A stretch of 64,000 nt of DNA. Origin: Aquificota bacterium (GTDB lineage Bacteria > Aquificota > Aquificia > Aquificales > Aquificaceae). How positions within the stretch are numbered: the first letter of the stretch is position 1; each line of letters begins with the position of its first letter. The notes under the pieces were generated by a model. It was not told the DNA's origin and did no database searches. It saw only the letters and a program-made list of their open reading frames with translations. A program made the position numbers and the translations under genes. Of this stretch, positions 1 through 6,349 are shown piece by piece. The stretch is from NCBI GenBank assembly GCA_030549905.1, contig JAUQQK010000007.1:2612-66611 (forward strand), in the 5' to 3' direction.

Positions 1-7
1 ATTCTGT

Positions 8-196
8 ATGGCAAAGGCAAAAAAGGAAAAGGTCAGGTTTATAAAGGACAGCAAAGGAAGGGTAAGGCATGCCTTAATGTCCGTAGAGGAATACAGGCAA
101 TTAGTGGAAGACCTGCATGACCTCAGGAAAGTCTTAGAGAGGAAAGAGGAAGCCCTTATAAGCCTTGAGGAAGTCAAGAAAGAGCTAAATGTATGA
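8..196 (+). CDS. Putative small type II antitoxin (Phd/YefM- or RelB-like), orphan
   Basis: This 62-aa ORF has a basic N-terminus and a helical acidic C-terminus (ALMSVEEYRQLVEDLHDLRKVLE). Its stop overlaps an ATG (ATGA at 193-196) that opens only a 13-codon ORF. Confidence 0.4.
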   Translation: MAKAKKEKVRFIKDSKGRVRHALMSVEEYRQLVEDLHDLRKVLERKEEALISLEEVKKELNV

Positions 197-321
197 GGTT
201 CTATTTAAAGCCTCATCCACTATATAAGGCATAAAAGCTTAAATGTTAGGAGGTGTTAGGGGTTAAAACTGATAAAACAACCCTTAAGTCAAAAATAATG
301 GGTAGGTGGTGGAGCATGGTT

Positions 322-361
322 TTAACTCCTTTCCTGCTTATAAGCCCTTATGTGGAGTTAA
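322..361. repeat. Inverted repeat TTAACTCC-N24-GGAGTTAA (copy 1)
   Basis: Arms at 322-329 and 354-361 were read directly. The same arms recur at 733-772 and 3280-3318. Confidence 0.8.
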
Positions 362-386
362 ACCCATACCCTACTCTACTACAGAA

Positions 387-592
387 TGAGCCAATGAGCT
401 GGTTTTTTCTAATGCTTGTATTTCAAGGCTTTGAATTAGCTCACTACCTTTTGAGCTGGATTGAGCTAATGAGCTGGCAGGCTGTCCGTTTAGCTCACTG
501 GGTGGCTCACTGGCTCATACTGGCTCAAACCCCCATGAGCCAATTCAAAAGCTTGATACTCAATAACTTCACAATTTTGGCTCACTGGCTCA
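387..592. repeat. Iteron-like cluster, a candidate replication origin of E1
   Basis: At least 12 copies of the heptamer TGAGC(C/T)(A/G), or its complement, occur in both orientations within about 200 bp. Examples are TGAGCCAATGAGCTGG, TGAGCTGGATTGAGCTAATGAGCTGG, and TGGCTCACTGGCTCA (twice). The only ORF here (253-693) has a repeat-driven LAHW-type composition. Confidence 0.6.
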
Positions 593-620
593 TTAAAGGT
601 TATGGGTTATGGAAGGGAGG

Positions 621-703
621 ATTACTGATTACTGAAAACCCCCATTTCAGTAATCCAAAGCCTTGTCTTTCAATGGTTTCCTGTTATTACTGAAATACTG
701 AAA
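621..703. repeat. ATTACTG(AAA) repeat cluster with an 11-bp hairpin
   Basis: Tandem ATTACTG units lie at 621-627 and 628-634. GATTACTGAAA (627-637) pairs with TTTCAGTAATC (645-655) across a 7-nt loop. Further copies lie at 686-695 and 696-703. Confidence 0.7.
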
Positions 704-732
704 TTAGGCTTATATAGGCTTGCCATATGGCA

Positions 733-772
733 TTAACTCCACTCATACCCCTAAGCCTTTAGGTGGAGTTAA
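733..772. repeat. Inverted repeat TTAACTCCAC-N20-GTGGAGTTAA (copy 2)
   Basis: Perfect 10-bp arms at 733-742 and 763-772. Confidence 0.8.
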
Positions 773-837
773 AACCACACAAAAAGCCAAGCCCCTTAAA
801 GAGCTTGGCAAGGGTTTTATTGCATAGCCCTATAGCT

Positions 838-1101
838 CTATGCCTTTCCTCCTTTGCCTTTAAGGAATAAAAATTCCAGCTCTTTGGCAAGATAAATAAG
901 CTCTTGCCTTGATAGGCTAAAGGCTACCCTCTGGCTCTGTTCTTTGTCCCCTTTTTTGCCATCAGACAGCACCAGCATTACCCCGCCGTCTTCCTCATTG
1001 ACCTGCACGGTCAATTTCTTGTAGGTTTCAGTCCGTTCATTGAAATGCAAAATGCTAACTGCTTCTTTCCATCCGTTGGTTTTTTGCTTTAAGTCCTTCA
1101 T
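838..1101 (-). CDS. Hypothetical protein (87 aa), E1 orphan
   Basis: The ORF overlaps the upstream ORF by 4 nt, which suggests translational coupling. I recognise no motif. Confidence 0.55.
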   Translation of the reverse strand: MKDLKQKTNGWKEAVSILHFNERTETYKKLTVQVNEEDGGVMLVLSDGKKGDKEQSQRVAFSLSRQELIYLAKELEFLFLKGKGGKA

Positions 1102-1928
1102 GCCACGCCCTCCGTAAGGTTTTGTTTTTCTTTGAGGATAGCCCAGCAGGCTTGAGCCATATGGTATATGAGCCTATCCACTAAATCCGCATTGCCATAA
1201 GCAGAAAATTGCAGGTCTTCAAACCTACCCTCAAGGATAAGGTCATCTGATGTGATGGGCTTTGTATGGAAGATAAAACCCTCAGGTAAATAGCACTTGT
1301 CTGGAAGGGCTTCATTACCCTCAAAGGCTCTAACAACATTAAAGAAGCTCTTATAAGCTGTCTGCAGGTCAGGGGTTAAGACCTTTACATAGCCAGCCCC
1401 GTTTTTCACAAAAACAGCCAGAGCCTTATCGTCTAACAGGAAAAGCCTGAGGTCTGAAAAGCCTTTGCCTTCTAAAGACTTAAGAAACTCCTTAAACCTG
1501 CTCAGGTCTTCTTTCTTCATGAAGCCCTCAATAAGCTCATCCACATAAACAGGCTCAGGCATGCTTACCTTAGCCCATGCCTTAACTATAAACCTTTCCT
1601 TTGCATATCTTTCATAATCCTTCCTGCTTGCCAAAAGCCCGCCGTCCGTTTCTCTGTGAAATCTTTCATACCCTTCCTTGTCTGTGAGGTAGATGGTAGA
1701 GTGCCAGAAGTAATAACCACCATCTACAAGCCACCGCCTAAACTCATCATTACACAAAGCCAAAAACCTAAGCCCCGTCCTTTGCCTTAGATAGTGTCCT
1801 ATCTTGTTTAAAAAGGCATGGAAAAAGCCCGCCCCGTCTTCAAAAACTGAGGGCATAAACCCTTCCTTAAACTTCTTCACCAGTTTGCTGTCCTTATAGA
1901 TTTCACAGCCACCAAAATATAGCCTCAT
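1098..1928 (-). CDS. Hypothetical protein (276 aa), E1 orphan; a candidate replication protein by position only
   Basis: This is the largest ORF of E1 apart from the integrase. It lies on the same strand and in the same operon as the flanking orphans, next to the iteron block. I recognise no catalytic motif. Confidence 0.6.
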   Translation of the reverse strand: MRLYFGGCEIYKDSKLVKKFKEGFMPSVFEDGAGFFHAFLNKIGHYLRQRTGLRFLALCNDEFRRWLVDGGYYFWHSTIYLTDKEGYERFHRETDGGLLASRKDYERYAKERFIVKAWAKVSMPEPVYVDELIEGFMKKEDLSRFKEFLKSLEGKGFSDLRLFLLDDKALAVFVKNGAGYVKVLTPDLQTAYKSFFNVVRAFEGNEALPDKCYLPEGFIFHTKPITSDDLILEGRFEDLQFSAYGNADLVDRLIYHMAQACWAILKEKQNLTEGVA

Positions 1929-1988
1929 CTTAATACCTCCTTCATGGTTTTTAAAAGGCAGGCATAAGCCCTGCCCTTGTTTGCCTTT

Positions 1989-2363
1989 TCATGCAACCGC
2001 CTCCTCAAGCTTTGGAAGGCTGTCCTCAAGCAAGCCAATAACAGCCCTGACAAGCTCCTTAATCCTGTCTTCCTTTGCTTGTAGCCTCTGGTATTCCTCA
2101 AACAAAACCCTAACCTTCTCATCTCTTATGGCTCTTGCCCCAGCCTCACCACCAAAATTTTTGATGTTGCCTAAAGACCTCCACGCCTTTTTACCATTGC
2201 CTAAGGACTTCCACACATACAGGTATCTGTTGCCATTGATTTCCTTAATGCTGTAGCCCTTGAGGCTCATCAGATATGCAAGGCTCTTTTTCCTTTCCTG
2301 CAGGGCATTAAGCTCATGCCTAAGCTCTTCCATCCACCTGTCTAAGGTCTGCAGTTCCTTCAT
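1989..2363 (-). CDS. Hypothetical coiled-coil protein (124 aa from ATG 2363), E1
   Basis: AGGAGG (complement of 2371-2376) lies 7 nt upstream of the ATG at 2363. The longer ORF starting at 2396 lacks an RBS. A C-terminal relic of a homolog (EEYQ.L.K...) occurs in E2 at about 35540-35662. Confidence 0.6.
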   Translation of the reverse strand: MKELQTLDRWMEELRHELNALQERKKSLAYLMSLKGYSIKEINGNRYLYVWKSLGNGKKAWRSLGNIKNFGGEAGARAIRDEKVRVLFEEYQRLQAKEDRIKELVRAVIGLLEDSLPKLEEAVA

Positions 2364-2403
2364 GGCTAAACCTCCTTTGAGGGTTTTCATAGACATAATT
2401 ATA

Positions 2404-2424
2404 TGACATTTTTTGAAAATGTCA
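2404..2424. promoter_or_regulatory. Perfect palindrome TGACATTTT-TTG-AAAATGTCA, a candidate operator
   Basis: The 9-bp arms were read directly. The site lies in the divergent intergenic region between the 1989-2363 gene and the RHH gene. Confidence 0.5.
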
Positions 2425-2451
2425 AGTAGGAAACGGCTATATTTTTACCTC

Positions 2452-2480
2452 TTGACTTTACGGCTTGTATATGCTATATT
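2452..2480 (+). promoter_or_regulatory. Sigma70-like promoter for the RHH gene (TTGACT-17-TATATT)
   Basis: The -35 box is at 2452-2457 and the -10 box at 2475-2480. The ATG at 2487 is only 6 nt after the -10 box, which implies a leaderless or near-leaderless mRNA. Confidence 0.45.
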
Positions 2481-2486
2481 CAAGTC

Positions 2487-2681
2487 ATGGGCAGGATAGC
2501 AGGAAGAAAAGGGTTAAGTGTTAAGCTCCAACTTTCCAAGCTAACCACCAAGCTACCCACTGAGCTATATGAATGGCTACACCAGAAAAGTGAGCAGGAA
2601 GGCAAGACTATAAGCCTCATCCTCACTGAAATACTTGAAAAGGCTAAGCAGGAAGAGGAAGCCCAGCAGGGTGGTAAGTGA
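2487..2681 (+). CDS. Ribbon-helix-helix (CopG/Arc-like) DNA-binding protein
   Basis: This 64-aa ORF has a beta strand and two helices in the RHH pattern (KLTTKLPTELYEWL...GKTISLILTEILEKA). A homolog occurs in E2 at 35726-35917. Confidence 0.65.
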   Translation: MGRIAGRKGLSVKLQLSKLTTKLPTELYEWLHQKSEQEGKTISLILTEILEKAKQEEEAQQGGK

Positions 2682-2923
2682 TGGAAGGGCTAAAGAAAAG
2701 GCTTGAGATTGAGCATGACAGATTTAAGGTCTTCCTGTCTATAGCCTCTCTTGTAATTGGTGGTGTTATAGGTCTATTGTTCAAGGAGAAGGATACAATT
2801 ACCAGCGTTCTTATAGTTTTGGGCATAATACTGGCATTGTTCAGTTTTGGTCTATCCGTTAGTTCTTTCCTGAAGGTTAATAGGCTATTAAAATCTTTGG
2901 AGGAGGTGAGCAAGGATGTTTGA
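2678..2923 (+). CDS. Small membrane protein (81 aa, 2 TM)
   Basis: The ORF has two hydrophobic helices and overlaps the RHH stop codon. It has the same architecture as the E2 ORF at 35926-36156. Confidence 0.55.
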   Translation: MMEGLKKRLEIEHDRFKVFLSIASLVIGGVIGLLFKEKDTITSVLIVLGIILALFSFGLSVSSFLKVNRLLKSLEEVSKDV

Positions 2924-3053
2924 GCTAATTGCAGTCATCATATTAGGCATTATTGTCATAGGTGCATTTGGCATAATGCTTTATGAAGAAATGAAGCCCC
3001 TGCCCTATGAGAAGGACAAGGACAAAAAGCCCCAGACTAATAAGCCGTCATGA
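2916..3053 (+). CDS. Tiny membrane protein (45 aa, 1 TM)
   Basis: The product is MFELIAVIILGIIVIGAFGIMLYEE... followed by a lysine-rich tail. A GGAGG-type RBS lies at 2901-2907 and the start overlaps the preceding ORF. Confidence 0.4.
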   Translation: MFELIAVIILGIIVIGAFGIMLYEEMKPLPYEKDKDKKPQTNKPS

Positions 3054-3065
3054 AAGGTTCTAAAC

Positions 3066-3164
3066 ATGGATAGCAAGGAAGAGGTTCAGGAGCTGATAGC
3101 CCACTACAGAAACCTGTTTAATCAACTCTGGAATGGCTTAATATGGAAAACTACGGAGGCTTGA
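3066..3164 (+). pseudogene. Deletion-truncated copy of the E2-type 76-aa membrane protein gene
   Basis: The first 25 codons (MDSKEEVQELIAHYRNLFNQLWNGL) are near-identical at DNA level to 35926-36000. About 156 bp present in E2 (36001-36156) are then missing. Confidence 0.6.
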
Positions 3165-3244
3165 TAATAGTTTCCATTTTGGCAGTTATATTTATTGCAG
3201 AACTCCTTTACATTGCATGGGATATGCATAAGGACAGGGTTTAA
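3143..3244 (+). CDS. Tiny membrane protein (33 aa, 1 TM)
   Basis: The product is MENYGGLIIVSILAVIFIAELLYIAWDMHKDRV. An identical peptide is encoded at 36159-36260. Confidence 0.45.
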   Translation: MENYGGLIIVSILAVIFIAELLYIAWDMHKDRV

Positions 3245-3279
3245 GCATGAGCCTAAGGGTTAAGGCTTTTTCTGTGGGT

Positions 3280-3318
3280 TTAACTCCATTCATGGCTCAG
3301 GACAGGCAAGGGAGTTAA
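3280..3318. repeat. Inverted repeat TTAACTCC-N23-GGAGTTAA (copy 3), directly upstream of the integrase ATG
   Basis: Arms lie at 3280-3287 and 3311-3318. The right arm doubles as the integrase RBS. Confidence 0.8.
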
Positions 3319-3321
3319 GGC

Positions 3322-4401
3322 ATGGCAGGTAAAAAGAAGGGTAAAGTAGCCTACGGTGATAACCTTTATGAAATTCATGGCTCATACTGGCTAATATTTA
3401 CCCATCATGGCAAGACCTACAGAGAAAGGATTGGAAGGGTCAAAGACATGCCCCTCACTATGGCAAGGAATATAGCAGTAAAGAGGAAGGCAGAGATAAT
3501 TGAAGGCACTTATTTGCCTAAGAAAGAGGAAAACCTGACCTTTGAGGAGCTTGCTAAGGAATATTTAAGCTGGTATAAATCCACACGCCCGCAGGCAAGG
3601 AAAAGAACCCTTTACGATGTGGAAAAGAGGATTGACAGGCTTGTGGGCTACTTTGGAGGTATGCCTGTCCATCAGATAAGCACCTTCACCGTTGAGCAGT
3701 ATAAACAGGACAGGCTAAGGGCAGGCATAAAACCAAACACCATAAACCGTGAGCTAAACATCTTAAGGGCTATCCTCAAAAAGGCTAAGGAGCTAACAGG
3801 CTACAGCCAAGAGCTTCCTAAAGTCCAGCTTTTTAAGGTAGATGACAGCAGGCTAAAGTTCTTAAAGCCAGAGGAAGCCCAGAGGCTAATATCCGCCTGC
3901 CCCTCATGGCTAAAGCCAGCAGTTAAGTTTGCCATCTACACAGGACTAAGAGCCAGTGAGCTTTTTAGCCTAAAATGGGAGGATGTGGATTTAGAGCATG
4001 GTTATATAACCTTTACCAATGCCAAAAACGGAGAGGTTTCAAGGCTACCCTTAAGCCCTCAAGCTCTGGAAGTCCTTAAGGAGTTAAAAGGCAACAACCC
4101 CCGCATAGGCTACATATTTGTCAATTCCAGAGGAAAGCCCTATAAATACGACGACAGGACATATTTGAAAGCCTTTAAAACCGCCTGCAAAAAGGCAGGC
4201 TTGCAGGATTTCAGATTTCATGACCTTAGACATACCTTTGCCTCATGGCTTGCATTGGAAGGCACTGACCTTTACACCATCCAGCACCTTACAAGGCATA
4301 AATCCACAGCTATGGTAAAGAGGTATGCCCACCTAAGCCCAGAGCATTTAAGGAAAGCTCTGGAAAAGCTTGGCAAGTTTATGGAAGAAGGCAAGGAGTA
4401 G
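3322..4401 (+). CDS. int: Tyrosine-type site-specific recombinase (phage integrase family)
   Basis: This 359-aa ORF has an N-terminal SAM-like domain and catalytic-domain motifs: TGLRASELFSLKWEDV (Arg), HDLRHTFAS (His-x-x-Arg), LTRHKS, and VKRYAHL (Tyr nucleophile). Confidence 0.9.
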   Translation: MAGKKKGKVAYGDNLYEIHGSYWLIFTHHGKTYRERIGRVKDMPLTMARNIAVKRKAEIIEGTYLPKKEENLTFEELAKEYLSWYKSTRPQARKRTLYDVEKRIDRLVGYFGGMPVHQISTFTVEQYKQDRLRAGIKPNTINRELNILRAILKKAKELTGYSQELPKVQLFKVDDSRLKFLKPEEAQRLISACPSWLKPAVKFAIYTGLRASELFSLKWEDVDLEHGYITFTNAKNGEVSRLPLSPQALEVLKELKGNNPRIGYIFVNSRGKPYKYDDRTYLKAFKTACKKAGLQDFRFHDLRHTFASWLALEGTDLYTIQHLTRHKSTAMVKRYAHLSPEHLRKALEKLGKFMEEGKE

Positions 4402-4490
4402 GTTTTAATCCAACTTTTAACCTATCTTTAACACCTAACCACCTACCCCATCAAAAGGCTTGAAATTCAAAGTTTTAAAAATTCAAAATG

Positions 4491-4540
4491 CCATCCTCAC
4501 AAGATGGAGGTCGGAGGTTCGAGTCCTCCATCGCCCACCA
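4491..4540 (+). other. 3' fragment of tRNA-Val(CAC) (anticodon stem to CCA), a putative attR of E1
   Basis: The fragment folds as CCATC/CTCACAA/GATGG (anticodon CAC), variable loop AGGTC, T-arm GGAGG-TTCGAGT-CCTCC, and acceptor 3' strand ATCGCCC-A-CCA. No D-arm and no GGGCGAT 5' strand occur upstream. Confidence 0.75.
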
Positions 4541-4573
4541 CTAAAAATCAACTAATTAAAAACTTTTAAAAAC

Positions 4574-4602
4574 TTGACAAAGTGAAAGAACATTCATAAT
4601 TT
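4574..4602 (+). promoter_or_regulatory. Sigma70-like promoter of the hydrogenase operon (TTGACA-17-TAATTT)
   Basis: The -35 box is at 4574-4579 and the -10 box at 4597-4602, 27 nt upstream of the hynS ATG. Confidence 0.4.
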
Positions 4603-4628
4603 AAGAAGGGTGAAAAGGGGGAAAATTT

Positions 4629-5669
4629 ATGCACAGCCTCTATGAAATATTCAAGCGGAATGGATACACAAGAAGGGATTTTTTAAGGTACGTGGCTCTT
4701 CTGGTTTCAGCTGTTGGTTTTCCACCATCCTTTTTACCTAACGCAGTAAAAGCGCTTGAATCGAAACCAAAGCCTGTGGTTATATGGTTAGAATTTCAAG
4801 ACTGTGCAGGCTGTAGTGAATCTTTTATAAGAAGCACAAGCCTTTTGCCTGCTGATGTTCTTCTTGACTACCTGTCTCTTGAATACCATGAAACCCTAAT
4901 GGCACCATCGGGTTTGCAGGCGGAGGAAGCTAAAAGAGAAGCAATTGAAAGGTATAAGGGAGAATACATACTAATAGTGGAGGGGTCTGTTTCACCAAAG
5001 TATAAGGGTGTCTACTGTACCATTGGTGGAAAATCTAACGAAGAAATTCTTAAAGAAGCCTCAAAACATGCAAGGCTAATAATAGCAGTAGGTAGCTGCG
5101 CCTGCTGGGGGGGTATACCCCATGCTGAACCAAACCCCACCGGTGCAATGCCTATCAGTGAAATCCTTAAGGATAAAAAAGTAGTCCATATACCCGGCTG
5201 TCCACCCATAGGTGATGTAATGGTAGCCACCATAGTTGGTTTCGTTATGACTGGAAGGGAGCCAGCCCTTGATAACCTTGGCAGACCAAAGACCTTTTAT
5301 GGGCAGACTATACATGACAGATGCTACAGAAGACCCTTTTACAATGCTGGGAAGTTTGCAAGCTCTTTTGAGGACGAGGGTGCTAAAAAAGGCTATTGCT
5401 TATACAAGCTTGGCTGTAAAGGTCCTATAACGAGGAACGCATGTGCAACCGTAAGATGGAATGGCGGTTTAAGCTTCCCGATTCAGTCGGGACATCCATG
5501 TTTTGGCTGTTCTGAGCCTGACTTCTGGGATAGGAGCTTCTTGTATTCACCTTTATCCGTTGTAGAAGGTGGTTTTGGATGGAAGAAGGTGCTGGCAGGC
5601 ATAGCAGTTGGCTCCGCCCTTGGACTTGGCTCTGCTTATATAAACAAAAAACTCAGGGGTGTAAAATGA
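4629..5669 (+). CDS. hynS: [NiFe] hydrogenase small subunit, Tat-exported
   Basis: A twin-arginine signal (YTRRDFLRY) is present, with the small-subunit Cys pattern (DCAGCSES, GSCACWGG, GCPP, C-terminal CxxC). The stop overlaps the next gene's start (ATGA). Confidence 0.9.
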   Translation: MHSLYEIFKRNGYTRRDFLRYVALLVSAVGFPPSFLPNAVKALESKPKPVVIWLEFQDCAGCSESFIRSTSLLPADVLLDYLSLEYHETLMAPSGLQAEEAKREAIERYKGEYILIVEGSVSPKYKGVYCTIGGKSNEEILKEASKHARLIIAVGSCACWGGIPHAEPNPTGAMPISEILKDKKVVHIPGCPPIGDVMVATIVGFVMTGREPALDNLGRPKTFYGQTIHDRCYRRPFYNAGKFASSFEDEGAKKGYCLYKLGCKGPITRNACATVRWNGGLSFPIQSGHPCFGCSEPDFWDRSFLYSPLSVVEGGFGWKKVLAGIAVGSALGLGSAYINKKLRGVK

Positions 5670-6337
5670 AGGATGTGGTATTTTACGATTTTGTTAGGGG
5701 TCCTCTTCTCAAATTTGCCCTTTTCGTATTTTTTGCTGGTATAAGCTACAGGTTCTTTAGAGTGGTATTTTTAGGCTTACCAGCTGACTACGCCAAACCC
5801 AAAGGAAACCCTTACCTTATGGCTGTAAAGAAGATAATAATAAAACCCACAATGGGATGGACCTTTAATGAGATATTTTCAAGAAGAGCCATAAACTTCA
5901 TAGGAGGCTTTCTTTTCCATCTTGGCTTCCTTGGTCTCACCTTCTTTGTGCCCGCCCATGCCCTTCTATGGAAAGAAATAATAGGTATAAGCCTTCCAGT
6001 AATGCCAAGCCTTATAGTAGATATACTGACTTATTCAGCTCTTGGCTCTTTGATAGCTCTGACCCTTCATAGAGCTTTAAACCCTGTCCTAAAGCTTCTA
6101 ACGGGAAAGGATGAGTATTTTGCCAACCTACTCGTAGCTCTAATCCTTTTTACAGGCCTTTTAGCAAACAAGTGGGCGGGCGGTGGCTTATACATATGGC
6201 TCCTGTCCATGCATATGCTACTGGCTGACCTTCTTATACTCTATATCCCTTTCAGCAGGCTTTCCCATTTTGTCTATTACTTCCTTTCTGTAGGCTTCAT
6301 GGGATGGAACGCAGGCAAGAGAGGAGTATCCTTCTGA
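5666..6337 (+). CDS. isp1: Isp1-type membrane b-cytochrome-like subunit (NarI/DsrM/HdrE-like)
   Basis: This 223-aa ORF starts at the ATG at 5666, has about five TM helices, and sits between the hydrogenase subunit genes as in Hyn/Isp operons. Confidence 0.75.
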   Translation: MKDVVFYDFVRGPLLKFALFVFFAGISYRFFRVVFLGLPADYAKPKGNPYLMAVKKIIIKPTMGWTFNEIFSRRAINFIGGFLFHLGFLGLTFFVPAHALLWKEIIGISLPVMPSLIVDILTYSALGSLIALTLHRALNPVLKLLTGKDEYFANLLVALILFTGLLANKWAGGGLYIWLLSMHMLLADLLILYIPFSRLSHFVYYFLSVGFMGWNAGKRGVSF

Positions 6338-6349
6338 GGAGGTCAAGGT

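Larger units (their letters stand above)
1..4540. mobile_element. Integrated mobile element E1 (integrase, RHH regulator, iteron block, orphan ORFs). The right end is a tRNA-Val 3' fragment and the left end is outside the window.
   Basis: A tyrosine integrase (3322-4401) is followed 90 nt later by a 50-nt 3' portion of tRNA-Val(CAC) with no 5' half, which is an att-type duplication. The backbone genes are unlike the flanking housekeeping genes. A related relic lies at 35515-36375. Confidence 0.75.

Noticed and set aside
253-693. 146-aa ORF spanning the E1 repeat region
   Set aside because: Its sequence (repeated LAHW, ELMSW) is a direct read-out of the TGAGCC/TGGCTCA iterons. It starts at a GTG with no clear RBS and has no protein-like domain pattern. 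I treat it as non-coding repeat DNA.
1925-2256. ORFs 1925-2122 (-) and 1981-2256 (+) in E1
   Set aside because: They overlap the better-supported 1989-2363 gene, which has a strong RBS and a homolog relic in E2. Both lack an RBS and have arginine- or serine-rich junk-like composition.
4491-4540. Possibility that this is a complete tRNA gene or the 3' end of tmRNA
   Set aside because: No D-arm or complementary 5' acceptor strand (GGGCGAT) occurs in the ~150 nt upstream, so it is not a complete tRNA. It has a normal Val anticodon arm, which a tmRNA 3' end would lack, and no tmRNA-like 5' partner or tag ORF is nearby.
5579-5665. N-terminal extension of isp1 to the upstream start at 5579
   Set aside because: The extension lies inside hynS in another frame. 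The ATG at 5666 overlaps the hynS stop (ATGA) and begins the hydrophobic protein proper.
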